Of a DNA stretch of 64,000 nucleotides, positions 32,544 through 41,371 are shown piece by piece. The notes below the pieces were generated by a model. The model worked only from the letters and a program-made list of their open reading frames with translations. It did not search any database and was not told the DNA's origin. The DNA comes from a virus. The position numbers and the translations under genes were made by a program. The stretch covers positions 96,001-160,000 of IMG/VR virus record IMGVR_UViG_3300032516_000004; one strand, 5' to 3'. How positions within the stretch are numbered: the first letter of the stretch is position 1; every line of letters begins with the position of its first letter.

Positions 32544-33023
32544 ATGTCACGAGAAATTGAACTTACCCGTGGTCTCACTACCGTTGTTGATGATGATGAT
32601 TATGACTGGTTGTCGGACATGGAATTTTATACACAAGTTGATGAGCGGGGCAAAACATACGCCGCCACATCAATTCTCGGAGACATTGTTTATCTTCACA
32701 GGCTTTTGACCGACACTGAAGATGGCGATGTGGTGGTAGATCATCGGAATGGTGACACTCTAGATAATCGTCGTGATAATCTTATAGTTAGTAGTTATCA
32801 AGAAAATGCGATGAACAAGTCCAAGACGAAGCATCATCGTAGTTCCAAATTCAAGGGTGTAACCAAGATGAAGAATGGGCGTTGGAAAGCCCATGTGGGG
32901 ATTGATGATCGGGATATTCATCTCGGATATTTTGATACTGAAGAAGAAGCAGCTAGGGCATATGATGAAGCTGCTAAAGATAAATTTGGTGATCGTGCGA
33001 AACTAAATTTTCCAGAAGGATAA
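32544..33023 (+). CDS. HNH-AP2 homing endonuclease
   Basis: LHRLL...VDHRNGDTLDNRRDNL; SSKFKGV..GRWKAHV...HLGYFDTEEEAARAYDEAA (AP2). Confidence 0.92.
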   Translation: MSREIELTRGLTTVVDDDDYDWLSDMEFYTQVDERGKTYAATSILGDIVYLHRLLTDTEDGDVVVDHRNGDTLDNRRDNLIVSSYQENAMNKSKTKHHRSSKFKGVTKMKNGRWKAHVGIDDRDIHLGYFDTEEEAARAYDEAAKDKFGDRAKLNFPEG

Positions 33024-33027
33024 TAGA

Positions 33028-33264
33028 ATGCGTCTTTTGATGTTTACCAGGAATGGAACTAAGAAGCTAAATACACCACCAGGATTAGATTTTCATCACA
33101 TACCGTTTGAATCAAATAGGCTGTCAGATCTTCTCGACATAGCACGGCATCGGGTTATTAACTTCCCAACATCTATTCTGCTTAATGATAGAGGGAAGAT
33201 TGTTTTACGTGTTAGGGGTATGCCTTCTAATACTATGTTGCAGCACGCGATGCAAAACCAATAA
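33028..33264 (+). CDS. Degenerate thioredoxin/glutaredoxin-like small protein (no CxxC)
   Basis: VINFPTSILLNDRGKIVLRVRG resembles the cis-Pro half of the Trx fold; near the RNR gene. Confidence 0.35.
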   Translation: MRLLMFTRNGTKKLNTPPGLDFHHIPFESNRLSDLLDIARHRVINFPTSILLNDRGKIVLRVRGMPSNTMLQHAMQNQ

Positions 33265-33323
33265 ACCCATATATATTTAGTGTTATACTGGGTTAACTAG
33301 CACTCTATTTACAGGAGAGTAAA

Positions 33324-34733
33324 ATGGTTAATAAATGTGTTGATATTGTGGTTGGATTGCAGGGTGGTTCAGAAGCAAAGGGAAAGTTAATTACTGCACT
33401 CCAGGATGTTTCATATAAAGCCATATGTCGTTCGGGCTCAACTAATGCATCTCATGGTGTTGTATTTAATGGAAATAAGATTTTCTTTCATCAATTTCCG
33501 TGTGGTTGTCTACATTTTCCTAAAGCTAAAATTATTTTAACTGGAAATGCACAAATTGATCACGAATATTTGAATAAGGAAATTCAGATTTTAAAGGATA
33601 ACAATCGTTGGCTTGATGAAAATGGTAAACCGCGATTGATTATTGATCCCAATGCCACCATTATTGATTCTGTTGATAAAATGGCTGAGAATGGTGGTCG
33701 TATGCCAGATTGCGGTGAGCTTTACTATCATCCTCGTGATTGTACGGTTCATAATCTTGCACATGATCGTCAAGCTGGTGATGAAAAGGCCTGGACTAAG
33801 GTTGCTGGTACATGTGTTGGGTGTCCCAAATTACCAGCTGATAGCGCTTGGGCTAAATTAGGTAGTACAACACACGGTGGTGGTGCTAATTCGATTAGAA
33901 AGATTACGCGTGGCACCAAAATGGCAATTATGCTTGGTCAGGAATTTGATCTGGCTAAGTATTTTAGAAGTAAACTTCCAGAAGACGCTACCAATGACGA
34001 AATTCAAGAATTTATTCTTGAGACTGTAAATAATGGACCGATTAGAGATTGGGCTCCTGCCGTTGAGGCGTCTCCAGTAAGATTTGCGTCTGACGATCAA
34101 GTAATCAAACCATTTATTGGAGACACAGTAGATATTTTAAATAGAATGATTGATCATAATGAATCAATATTACTAGAGGGAACACAAGGATCTATTTTGT
34201 CTCTACACTTTGGCCCACAAGGGAAGACCACTAGTCGAGATACCAACGCATCCAATTGGGTGATGGAGGCTGGTATTAGCCCGCTAGCAGTACGTGATAT
34301 TTATGGGGTATGTAGAACATTTCCCATTCGTGTTTTTGGTGATTCAGGGCCGATGCCTGGTACAGAGATTACTTGGGAAGAAGTCACTAAGTTTTCTGGT
34401 TCACCAGAACCAATTGTAGAGTTAACGAGTGCAACCAAGAGAAAGAGACGTGTTTCTACGTTTGGAGAAGAGTCATTTAGACGTGCATTAGATCTTAATC
34501 GCCCCACCAAATTGATGCTGTCTTTTGTGGACTATCTAAATTATGAAGATAAAGATAAGTCTTCTTGGGACAGCCTAACACAGAAAACGAGAGATTGGAT
34601 TACCGTCTTGGAAACCAAGATGGGTATTTTCTTCAATTATTTGTCAACAGGCCCAGCACCGGAGCACACTATTATTCGTAAGTCGCCTGGTGAATTGGCG
34701 GTCCAAGCTCAGATTGGGCGGCAAACCCTGTAA
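33324..34733 (+). CDS. purZ: Adenylosuccinate-synthetase family enzyme of PurZ/PurZ0 type (putative 2-amino-dAMP pathway)
   Basis: P-loop GLQGGSEAKGK with Ser in place of the catalytic Asp of PurA (GDEGKGK); NASH, GSTTHGGG, LEGTQG, TSRDT, RTFPIRV.GDSGP, LTSATKRKRRV, SFVDYL, LSTGP. Confidence 0.75.
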   Translation: MVNKCVDIVVGLQGGSEAKGKLITALQDVSYKAICRSGSTNASHGVVFNGNKIFFHQFPCGCLHFPKAKIILTGNAQIDHEYLNKEIQILKDNNRWLDENGKPRLIIDPNATIIDSVDKMAENGGRMPDCGELYYHPRDCTVHNLAHDRQAGDEKAWTKVAGTCVGCPKLPADSAWAKLGSTTHGGGANSIRKITRGTKMAIMLGQEFDLAKYFRSKLPEDATNDEIQEFILETVNNGPIRDWAPAVEASPVRFASDDQVIKPFIGDTVDILNRMIDHNESILLEGTQGSILSLHFGPQGKTTSRDTNASNWVMEAGISPLAVRDIYGVCRTFPIRVFGDSGPMPGTEITWEEVTKFSGSPEPIVELTSATKRKRRVSTFGEESFRRALDLNRPTKLMLSFVDYLNYEDKDKSSWDSLTQKTRDWITVLETKMGIFFNYLSTGPAPEHTIIRKSPGELAVQAQIGRQTL

Positions 34734-34747
34734 TCAGGAGAGAAATC

Positions 34748-34921
34748 ATGAAAAAGAAAAGTAAACGATCCGAAAGTAGTGTAACCTTAGAAATGCATGA
34801 AATTGAGTTGGAATTGTATAGATTAAAACTACATATAACTAATAAATTATATACGGAAGTAGTAAATCAAGGTAATAAAATTACAATTGAACGATACCTT
34901 GCTTTACTAGCAACACTATAG
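34748..34921 (+). CDS. 57-aa hypothetical protein
   Basis: AGGAG SD; stop overlaps the next GTG. Confidence 0.5.
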   Translation: MKKKSKRSESSVTLEMHEIELELYRLKLHITNKLYTEVVNQGNKITIERYLALLATL

Positions 34922-35373
34922 TGGACGCTAATATCTTTTTATATTTTGGTTGTGGTATTATGCTGGTCATGATACTTATGTGGCTTTATGGAAAAGTTGG
35001 ATGTACTCAAGATTGCAGTCATGCCAAGCGTTTACGAAATCGCACTCGATTTACACAAGGAGTAGTCACGATGATAGAAACCACTGAAATAGAGCGCGAG
35101 TATCTTCAACGACTGTACGCGAGCCTTCAATCTCTGGTTGAATTGCAAATAACCTCCAGGTTGGTGCATGAAGTCGAAGAATTGTCACGCAGCACATTGG
35201 TTGCGCTTAAAGCGTCTGGTGAGCTTCGCACCTTTGATGACCTTAGTGTAACAGTGGACGATATTCGTCATTACATATGCATCACTCCAGTAAAGCATCA
35301 TGACTTGGGCATCCATCTTCTCTCGGGTGATGCACGTCTCTTGAAAATGAAGGAGAACAATTATGAATCGTGA
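34921..35373 (+). CDS. Membrane-anchored hypothetical protein
   Basis: N-terminal TM segment (FLYFGCGIMLVMILMWLY). Confidence 0.55.
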   Translation: MDANIFLYFGCGIMLVMILMWLYGKVGCTQDCSHAKRLRNRTRFTQGVVTMIETTEIEREYLQRLYASLQSLVELQITSRLVHEVEELSRSTLVALKASGELRTFDDLSVTVDDIRHYICITPVKHHDLGIHLLSGDARLLKMKENNYES

Positions 35374-35514
35374 CGAACTTCTGGCAGGGCTCAAGGATAC
35401 GATAGACCGCATCCGACCGATGGGGATTGTGGTCTCATTTGTGAGGTACAGCACATAAAAGGAGTTGATATCATGACGAAGCGATGGCGAGTGGTGATGT
35501 CGTAGCCATGAGGG

Positions 35515-35721
35515 ATGCAATTGGGTGATGTAAAAATTCTTATGGGTGAAGATGAACAACATCGACCAGTACCCTGTTTTAAGATGTTCAATATTCATGA
35601 TTCTAAGGATGTAAGACTTATAGAATATGATATTTCAATCAAACATTTCATGGCGGAGTGTGAACGACTAACTGATGATGAAATTGCAATACTAGTTGCT
35701 AATATTGTACTCAATGCGTAA
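35515..35721 (+). CDS. Hypothetical protein
   Basis: 68-aa ORF. Confidence 0.45.
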   Translation: MQLGDVKILMGEDEQHRPVPCFKMFNIHDSKDVRLIEYDISIKHFMAECERLTDDEIAILVANIVLNA

Positions 35722-35938
35722 TCAAGAAGCTGAGGCAAATGCGTTTGCTATGGAATTGTTGATGCCATCTAATATGGTAAAGGAGGCTCTCAAACGATTA
35801 TATAGTCGTCATCCGGACATTATGGATGATCAAGTAATTCAGGTGTTGGCTCGGAAGTTTGCGGTCCAGGAATATCTGATGACATTACGTCTACATCAGC
35901 TGGGCGCATTCAAGGATATAAATGCCAATGTGCTCTAG
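35714..35938 (+). pseudogene. C-terminal fragment of an ImmA/IrrE (DUF955) metallopeptidase-like protein
   Basis: EAEANAFAMELLMP...LARKFAV..LMTLRL; the upstream HExxH part is absent. Confidence 0.55.
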
Positions 35939-36134
35939 CTACCAACATGTAGAAAATAAGGTTGATAAAATTAGCATGCTTGAATACGTACGGATATTGA
36001 AACAAAGCTGTGATGAGGATCCAGGTAATGAGGCATGTCATACATGTGCTCTCAGGAAAGACCATCGTAAGCTATTAATTTTCTTAGAAAAGGTATGCGT
36101 GTTATTTGAGTCTGCCATCGTGTATACCCCATAA
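35922..36134 (+). CDS. Hypothetical protein
   Basis: Small ORF with CHTC. Confidence 0.45.
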   Translation: MPMCSSYQHVENKVDKISMLEYVRILKQSCDEDPGNEACHTCALRKDHRKLLIFLEKVCVLFESAIVYTP

Positions 36135-36164
36135 ATTTGTCAGATGATTGTGTTATAGTTGGTC

Positions 36165-36434
36165 ATGCATAAGGTGACTATTAAACGAACATTTAATATT
36201 GGGAACTTTGAGTCATTGTCTCTTGAGTGGACAGGCGAACATGAAGATGTCAACAAGGCTAGATTATTGGCTAATCGACAAATATTGGAGATTGTGCAGC
36301 GGGATCTTATTAGGATTATACATTCTAGGGAAGCAGCGGGAGTTACCACTCCGATAATTTATGAAACTCAGAACCATTTATGGTATCAGTTGTCATTAGA
36401 GCTTGATGGTATTAATCAGGAACTCAATCATTAG
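36165..36434 (+). CDS. Hypothetical protein
   Basis: KRTFNIGNFESLSLE motif; operon position. Confidence 0.55.
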   Translation: MHKVTIKRTFNIGNFESLSLEWTGEHEDVNKARLLANRQILEIVQRDLIRIIHSREAAGVTTPIIYETQNHLWYQLSLELDGINQELNH

Positions 36435-36443
36435 GAGACAGCC

Positions 36444-38012
36444 ATGGCGTTTTTGCAGATTAAGCGAGACAGTATTTATTTGAGCATCGAATCTACCCCC
36501 AAGCCGATTAGACCGTTGATGTCAGAATCAAAGGGGAAGTTTGTGTATTCTATTCCGGCTTGTGTGCAGATTATCAACAACGTTAAGAAAGATCGTCGCA
36601 GATTTATGAGCCTGGACACTGATTTTTCTAGATGGCTTAAGAATAATCCAGATCCATTGTGGGATTTGCTAGATACAAAGGATAAATTTGATCGTGATGG
36701 TAAACGGCAAGATTTTGCGGTTCGCCCGCAACATATTTTACCAATATGGTCTTATATGGATAATGACGTAAAGATTGTTAAGCAGGGAAATCAATTTTAT
36801 GATGACATGGAAAAATATGATGAGGGTGGTGGTAAAGTTACCGATTGTGATTGGATGGCGTGGACAGAGGGGAGTGGTTTTTCTAAGAGATATTTCACTT
36901 CTCGTCAAGATAGGTCACAATTTACACCACTTATTGATCCTAAACTTCTAGCACAGAAAATCCAAGTGCTGATTCAGCAGGCTTTAAGTGATTTGGTTCC
37001 ATTTAAAACAGAAGATGAGATGCTTAGGTATATTTATGGTAGTGTGGTAGAAGAAGCTGCGGCGTTTCCGCATGGGGTAAATGCTCCGGCTCAGATTCCA
37101 GAGCAAACTGGTATGCCGTATAATGTTATGCCAGCGTATATGCCTGGTGGAACCCCACCAATTCAACATGGCGCTTTGCCGACTCCACAACAATGGCAAC
37201 AGCCACAGCCACAGCCACAGCCACAGCCACCACAGCAGCAACCACAACCTCCACAGCAACAATGGTCTCCTCCTGGACCCCAACAACAGATGCCTCAGCA
37301 ACAAGTGTCTCAGCAGCAATGGACCGCTCCAGTACCACAACAAGCATGGACTCCACCAGCACCACAACAAGCGTGGACTCCACCGGTACCACAACAAACT
37401 TCACAGCCACAGTGGACACCGGTACAGCAACCACCGGCACAGCAAGCACCAGTGCAGCAGCCACCGACCCAGTGGACACCCCCACAACCTCAACAGCAGT
37501 GGACACCACCTAAAGTTGATGTGCCAAATGCACCGGTTACATCTCAACCGGTATTTGCCCCACCAGCTCAACCATCTCAACAGGCACAACCAATGCAGGT
37601 TGGTGGACCGGGACAGGTCGTTGTAAGTGGTGGTAAACATGATGGTAAAACTTTGGGCTGGATTAAAGACAATGACGCTAGTTATCTCTCATTTTTAAAG
37701 GGGAACAAGAAGGAACTTGCACCGGCCATCGAAGCTCTATTGGGTGGAACCCAACTACCAACACAGACACCTAGCGCTCAACCACAGGCACAACAAGTTA
37801 ATCCAGATGCTGAGGCAGTAAGATCACAATTGGTAAAAGAGATAAACCAAAAAATCATGTCTATTCCCGAATTTCAGGGGCAGGGTGTGGTAACTGCGAT
37901 GATGCCGTTCTTACAACAAGTAATTGGCACTACCAAATTCTCTGATGCCCCAATTGATCAACTGCAGACTCTTAAGATGGCTGTTGATACTAAATTAGCT
38001 CCAAGAGCGTAA
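36444..38012 (+). CDS. Putative ssDNA-binding/recombination protein with long Gln/Pro-rich low-complexity linker
   Basis: Globular N-domain ending WTEGSGFSKRYFT (gp32-like OB pattern, weak); ~200-aa Q/P tract; GGKHDGKTLGWI..NDASYLSFL module; directly upstream of recA. Confidence 0.5.
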   Translation: MAFLQIKRDSIYLSIESTPKPIRPLMSESKGKFVYSIPACVQIINNVKKDRRRFMSLDTDFSRWLKNNPDPLWDLLDTKDKFDRDGKRQDFAVRPQHILPIWSYMDNDVKIVKQGNQFYDDMEKYDEGGGKVTDCDWMAWTEGSGFSKRYFTSRQDRSQFTPLIDPKLLAQKIQVLIQQALSDLVPFKTEDEMLRYIYGSVVEEAAAFPHGVNAPAQIPEQTGMPYNVMPAYMPGGTPPIQHGALPTPQQWQQPQPQPQPQPPQQQPQPPQQQWSPPGPQQQMPQQQVSQQQWTAPVPQQAWTPPAPQQAWTPPVPQQTSQPQWTPVQQPPAQQAPVQQPPTQWTPPQPQQQWTPPKVDVPNAPVTSQPVFAPPAQPSQQAQPMQVGGPGQVVVSGGKHDGKTLGWIKDNDASYLSFLKGNKKELAPAIEALLGGTQLPTQTPSAQPQAQQVNPDAEAVRSQLVKEINQKIMSIPEFQGQGVVTAMMPFLQQVIGTTKFSDAPIDQLQTLKMAVDTKLAPRA

Positions 38013-38016
38013 AAAT

Positions 38017-39177
38017 ATGAAGAAGAAAGATGAAAAAGTAGCCCCAACCATATCTCAAAGTGGGGATGTGAAGAAAATAAGGGATACCTTAAACACACAG
38101 CTTAAGGCCAATGTGGCCCAGGAAATAAAGGAAAAGCCAACGATTGTGTTGTCTTCTGGTATTCTATCAATGGATCTTGCTGTCAGTAATGGTGGTTTAG
38201 TTCTTGGACGAGTGATGGACATATTTGGTTGGGAGGGCACGGGTAAAACCTTGATGTGTATGACCATAGGCGGTTATATACAAAGATGTACTAAACTTGA
38301 TAAAGATGGAAAAGCTGTTAATAGAGTAGTGGCTTTCCTTGATGCAGAAGGCACGTTCTCTAGGAGTTTTGCCGCTAGTGCTGGTTTAAATACAGACGAA
38401 TTGATCCTTGTTCAGAGCACGCCTGAGAAAATTATTTCTGGTGAAGAATATTTTGATATTATGGCCACATTAATTGGTCTTGGTGCTGATTACATCATTC
38501 TTGATTCATGTCCGGCTCTTAATCCTAGTCAAGTAATGATGAATGTTACCGGTCATGGTCAAAAATCACCTATTGGTCAGCTAATGTCTAGTGGGTTAAA
38601 TAAGATCACGCCAATAGTTAATGCGAATGGACAAACATTGGTTCATTTTATTAATCAGAAACGTGGTCGGCCAATGGCTAAGCCGTGGGAAAGCTCTGAG
38701 ATAGAGACCGGTGGAAATGCATTAAAATTTTATTCGTCATATCGATTTGAGGTAGTGCACGCAGAAGATATTCATAAAAATGTGTTGGGTGCTGATGGTG
38801 TCTATCGTGAGAAGAAAGTTGGCGTAACATCAAAAGTTAGAATTATTAAGAATAAAACAGCACCAATTCCACCATATTTACCCAGTGTTAATTATCATTT
38901 TGAGTTCGATGTATATTTTGAGCCATTTAAAGATGAAACAGGAATGGAGTATCATCGTGGGGTTGATGTTGTAAAAGATTTTGTAGCCACAGGTATTCGT
39001 ACGGGTGTTATTGTTCAGAAAAGTTCATGGTTTAGTTTTGGGCCTATTAGTGCTAATGGTGAACAGGCCATGATTCTAAAGGTTAGAGATAAACCAGAAA
39101 CCATGAATGAAATCAGAGCTGAAGTGTTTGATAAGATGAATGGGAAAACTCCTAAAGTAGAGGCACAAGATGGGTAG
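38017..39177 (+). CDS. recA: RecA/UvsX-like recombinase
   Basis: SGILSMDLA..GG...GRVMDIFGWEGTGKT, FLDAEG, IILDS, HFINQ.R, TGGNALKFYSS.R, KNKTAP. Confidence 0.93.
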   Translation: MKKKDEKVAPTISQSGDVKKIRDTLNTQLKANVAQEIKEKPTIVLSSGILSMDLAVSNGGLVLGRVMDIFGWEGTGKTLMCMTIGGYIQRCTKLDKDGKAVNRVVAFLDAEGTFSRSFAASAGLNTDELILVQSTPEKIISGEEYFDIMATLIGLGADYIILDSCPALNPSQVMMNVTGHGQKSPIGQLMSSGLNKITPIVNANGQTLVHFINQKRGRPMAKPWESSEIETGGNALKFYSSYRFEVVHAEDIHKNVLGADGVYREKKVGVTSKVRIIKNKTAPIPPYLPSVNYHFEFDVYFEPFKDETGMEYHRGVDVVKDFVATGIRTGVIVQKSSWFSFGPISANGEQAMILKVRDKPETMNEIRAEVFDKMNGKTPKVEAQDG

Positions 39178-39751
39178 TAGTAGAGTACAAGTAAAGTGCC
39201 CACAGTGTGCGTGTGTTTTTCTTCCATCTCTTGAAGAGACACAATCTAGAGCAGGAGCAAGTGCGCGTAGGAAAGGACATGCTTTTGAACGTATCGTAGC
39301 TAAGAAACTTCAAACCTGGTGGAATCAAGATGGTAAATTCCAGTTCGAATTCAAAAGAACTCCGCAAAGTGGGGGCTCTAGTCTTAAACAAGGATGGGGT
39401 CTTGCTGGGGATATTGCAACTACCGCTCAAAATTGGCCATATCACGTTGAATGTAAAAATGCTCCCGGCAGTTTTGCTGGATTACATCAATTCTTGTCCG
39501 CTGAAAAATTCAAATTCTGGGAATGGTTAGAGCAGTGTGGGCGAGACAGGCCCATTAATAAGTTAATTTTAATAATTTTTAATAGATTTGATCAACCTAC
39601 CTGGTGCGCGTCACCGGAGGATAGCCTTATAGTGACCGCACTTAATGGAACTAATATTAATTATTTTAATCTAGTTAAACGTCCAAGGTATAGTATTTAT
39701 ATTTGGAAGTTAGAGGATATGTTAGCCACCTCTCCGGAGAAATGGAAATGA
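39170..39751 (+). CDS. Holliday-junction resolvase-like PD-(D/E)xK nuclease
   Basis: RRKGHAFERIVAK.L, RTPQSGG, GDI, HVECKN; N-terminal CPQC. Confidence 0.75.
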   Translation: MGSSRVQVKCPQCACVFLPSLEETQSRAGASARRKGHAFERIVAKKLQTWWNQDGKFQFEFKRTPQSGGSSLKQGWGLAGDIATTAQNWPYHVECKNAPGSFAGLHQFLSAEKFKFWEWLEQCGRDRPINKLILIIFNRFDQPTWCASPEDSLIVTALNGTNINYFNLVKRPRYSIYIWKLEDMLATSPEKWK

Positions 39752-39948
39752 ATAAACCGAATCCAAGATTTCCAATTTGGCCTAATGCAAAGTGTGGACA
39801 CTGCGGTCATGACGCATCAAAAGATCCTGAGGATCCATATCACTATAAGCTTACGTGTCCCACATGCTTTCGTGACGGTTGTGGTGGGCGTATGCCAATG
39901 GGACGAGACTGTGAGTGTCCTGAATGTGAGAATGGAGATAATGAATGA
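39748..39948 (+). CDS. Small Cys-rich protein
   Basis: CGHC, CPTC, CPEC. Confidence 0.5.
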   Translation: MNKPNPRFPIWPNAKCGHCGHDASKDPEDPYHYKLTCPTCFRDGCGGRMPMGRDCECPECENGDNE

Positions 39949-40151
39949 AAAAGTTGAATACGTATTGTGTTATGGCCGATATTGAACTTTTCGGCACTAA
40001 TATAGAGATCGAGGCTAAATCGTTGGAAGAAGCGTTGGAAGAAGCGTTGGAAAAATCCAAGGAATTAGATATTAACGATTTTATTGATATTAAGGGTCAA
40101 CATAATGACGATACGTGTCACATAACAGGTTTATGGGAAGACAGGAGATAA
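39945..40151 (+). CDS. Hypothetical protein
   Basis: EIEAKSLEEALE motif; coupled. Confidence 0.55.
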   Translation: MKKLNTYCVMADIELFGTNIEIEAKSLEEALEEALEKSKELDINDFIDIKGQHNDDTCHITGLWEDRR

Positions 40152-40152
40152 T

Positions 40153-40371
40153 ATGTCATTTCGTTGTGAACAGTGTAATGAGGCTCAGCCGCAAAGATCA
40201 AAACCTAATGTGGTGGTGACTGAATGGTATGGTGGTCATGATGGATCACGACAGATTAAGCGTGAAAAGAGGCTTTGCGACCGGTGTGCTGGTAAGGATA
40301 TTAAGTCAGTTGAGCCTGTAATTCTTACACCGCTCGATACCATTGCGGTAAAACTTGAGATTCCCGGATGA
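40153..40371 (+). CDS. Small Zn-ribbon protein
   Basis: CEQC...CDRC. Confidence 0.55.
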   Translation: MSFRCEQCNEAQPQRSKPNVVVTEWYGGHDGSRQIKREKRLCDRCAGKDIKSVEPVILTPLDTIAVKLEIPG

Positions 40372-40667
40372 TTGCTCCTAGGCCAAGTGCTTGGGCACAT
40401 GAAATAGCGACTAGCATCATCAATAAGCAGCTTGATTGGAAGCGGGATAGAACCGCTTTATTACGCGACATGACGCTGGAACTAGAAAAGGCTTACGCGG
40501 CAGGTATTGATTGTGGGACTCAAACAGAGCGAAAGAATCAAACCTCTCATTTGTTTAATGATTTAGTGCTTATGTGTAGAGCAAGTCCAGAATATAAGAA
40601 TCACCTTCAAGAACTATGTGCTCGGTACATTGCTAATGAAACTGAATGTAATGTGAGGATAGAATAA
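40368..40667 (+). CDS. Hypothetical protein
   Basis: ATGA-coupled ORF. Confidence 0.55.
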   Translation: MIAPRPSAWAHEIATSIINKQLDWKRDRTALLRDMTLELEKAYAAGIDCGTQTERKNQTSHLFNDLVLMCRASPEYKNHLQELCARYIANETECNVRIE

Positions 40668-41071
40668 TGGTCGTTTGTAATGACCCGATTACTATTACCA
40701 ATATTCTGATTAAGAAACCAGAAGAGGTTACGGCATATATTAATACTCACGTCTTGTCTCATAAAGTACCACAGTTTACACCAAATCATCCCATTAATGT
40801 AACTGATCTAGTGCCGCTTTTATCAATTTTTGCGAATAGTCATAGTTATATTACTGAATTATATAACGTGGTGTTTTGCGCCTTATATGAGCAGAAGAAA
40901 CATAAGCGTTCCAAAGACGGACAACACAGCGAGGATCAATACACGGATTTAGAGGCTAAAAAGGAAGTATTGTATCGGACTGCCCAGTCATTGGATAGGA
41001 TGTATGAAGCAGCGTCGAGAATTATGACGGGGATTGGAGCCCCTGATCCTAGACAAAGTAGACACCCATAG
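40667..41071 (+). CDS. Helical protein, possibly UvsY-like recombination mediator
   Basis: 134 aa, alpha-helical pattern, between the recA and UvsW-like genes. The assignment is positional only. Confidence 0.3.
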   Translation: MVVCNDPITITNILIKKPEEVTAYINTHVLSHKVPQFTPNHPINVTDLVPLLSIFANSHSYITELYNVVFCALYEQKKHKRSKDGQHSEDQYTDLEAKKEVLYRTAQSLDRMYEAASRIMTGIGAPDPRQSRHP

Positions 41072-41080
41072 GAGATCAAC

Positions 41081-41371
41081 ATGGCAAACATTAAAGAACG
41101 ATCATTTGGTGGTACAACCTTTAACTCTGTTAGTCCTAAGGTGCCAGTTGGTAGAGGCATTAGTAGGAATGAAGCATCGATGTATAATCTTAATCTGTCA
41201 TATGAAGGATGGTTAAGGTTAGCACAGGCCAGTCATAACGTCACCGCGTATCTCAGCGAATTCAAAGAACAGTCAAAGGCACATAAACAGGGCGTTAATT
41301 TGGTGGTGAATTTTGAGACTGGTAGAGTAGAAGCGGTTGCAGTTGGCAAGAAACAACTTAACTTGTTCTAA
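41081..41371 (+). CDS. Hypothetical protein
   Basis: AGGAG SD; TAATG coupling to the helicase gene. Confidence 0.6.
   Translation: MANIKERSFGGTTFNSVSPKVPVGRGISRNEASMYNLNLSYEGWLRLAQASHNVTAYLSEFKEQSKAHKQGVNLVVNFETGRVEAVAVGKKQLNLF

Noticed and set aside
33324-34733. Annotation as ordinary PurA
   Set aside because: The catalytic Asp of GDEGKG is Ser and other motifs follow the PurZ pattern. PurA activity is not excluded without an assay.
36984-37640. Several overlapping alternative-frame ORFs (His/Ser-rich, Trp/Leu-rich, Thr/Ala-rich)
   Set aside because: By-products of the CAG/CCA-rich low-complexity tract.
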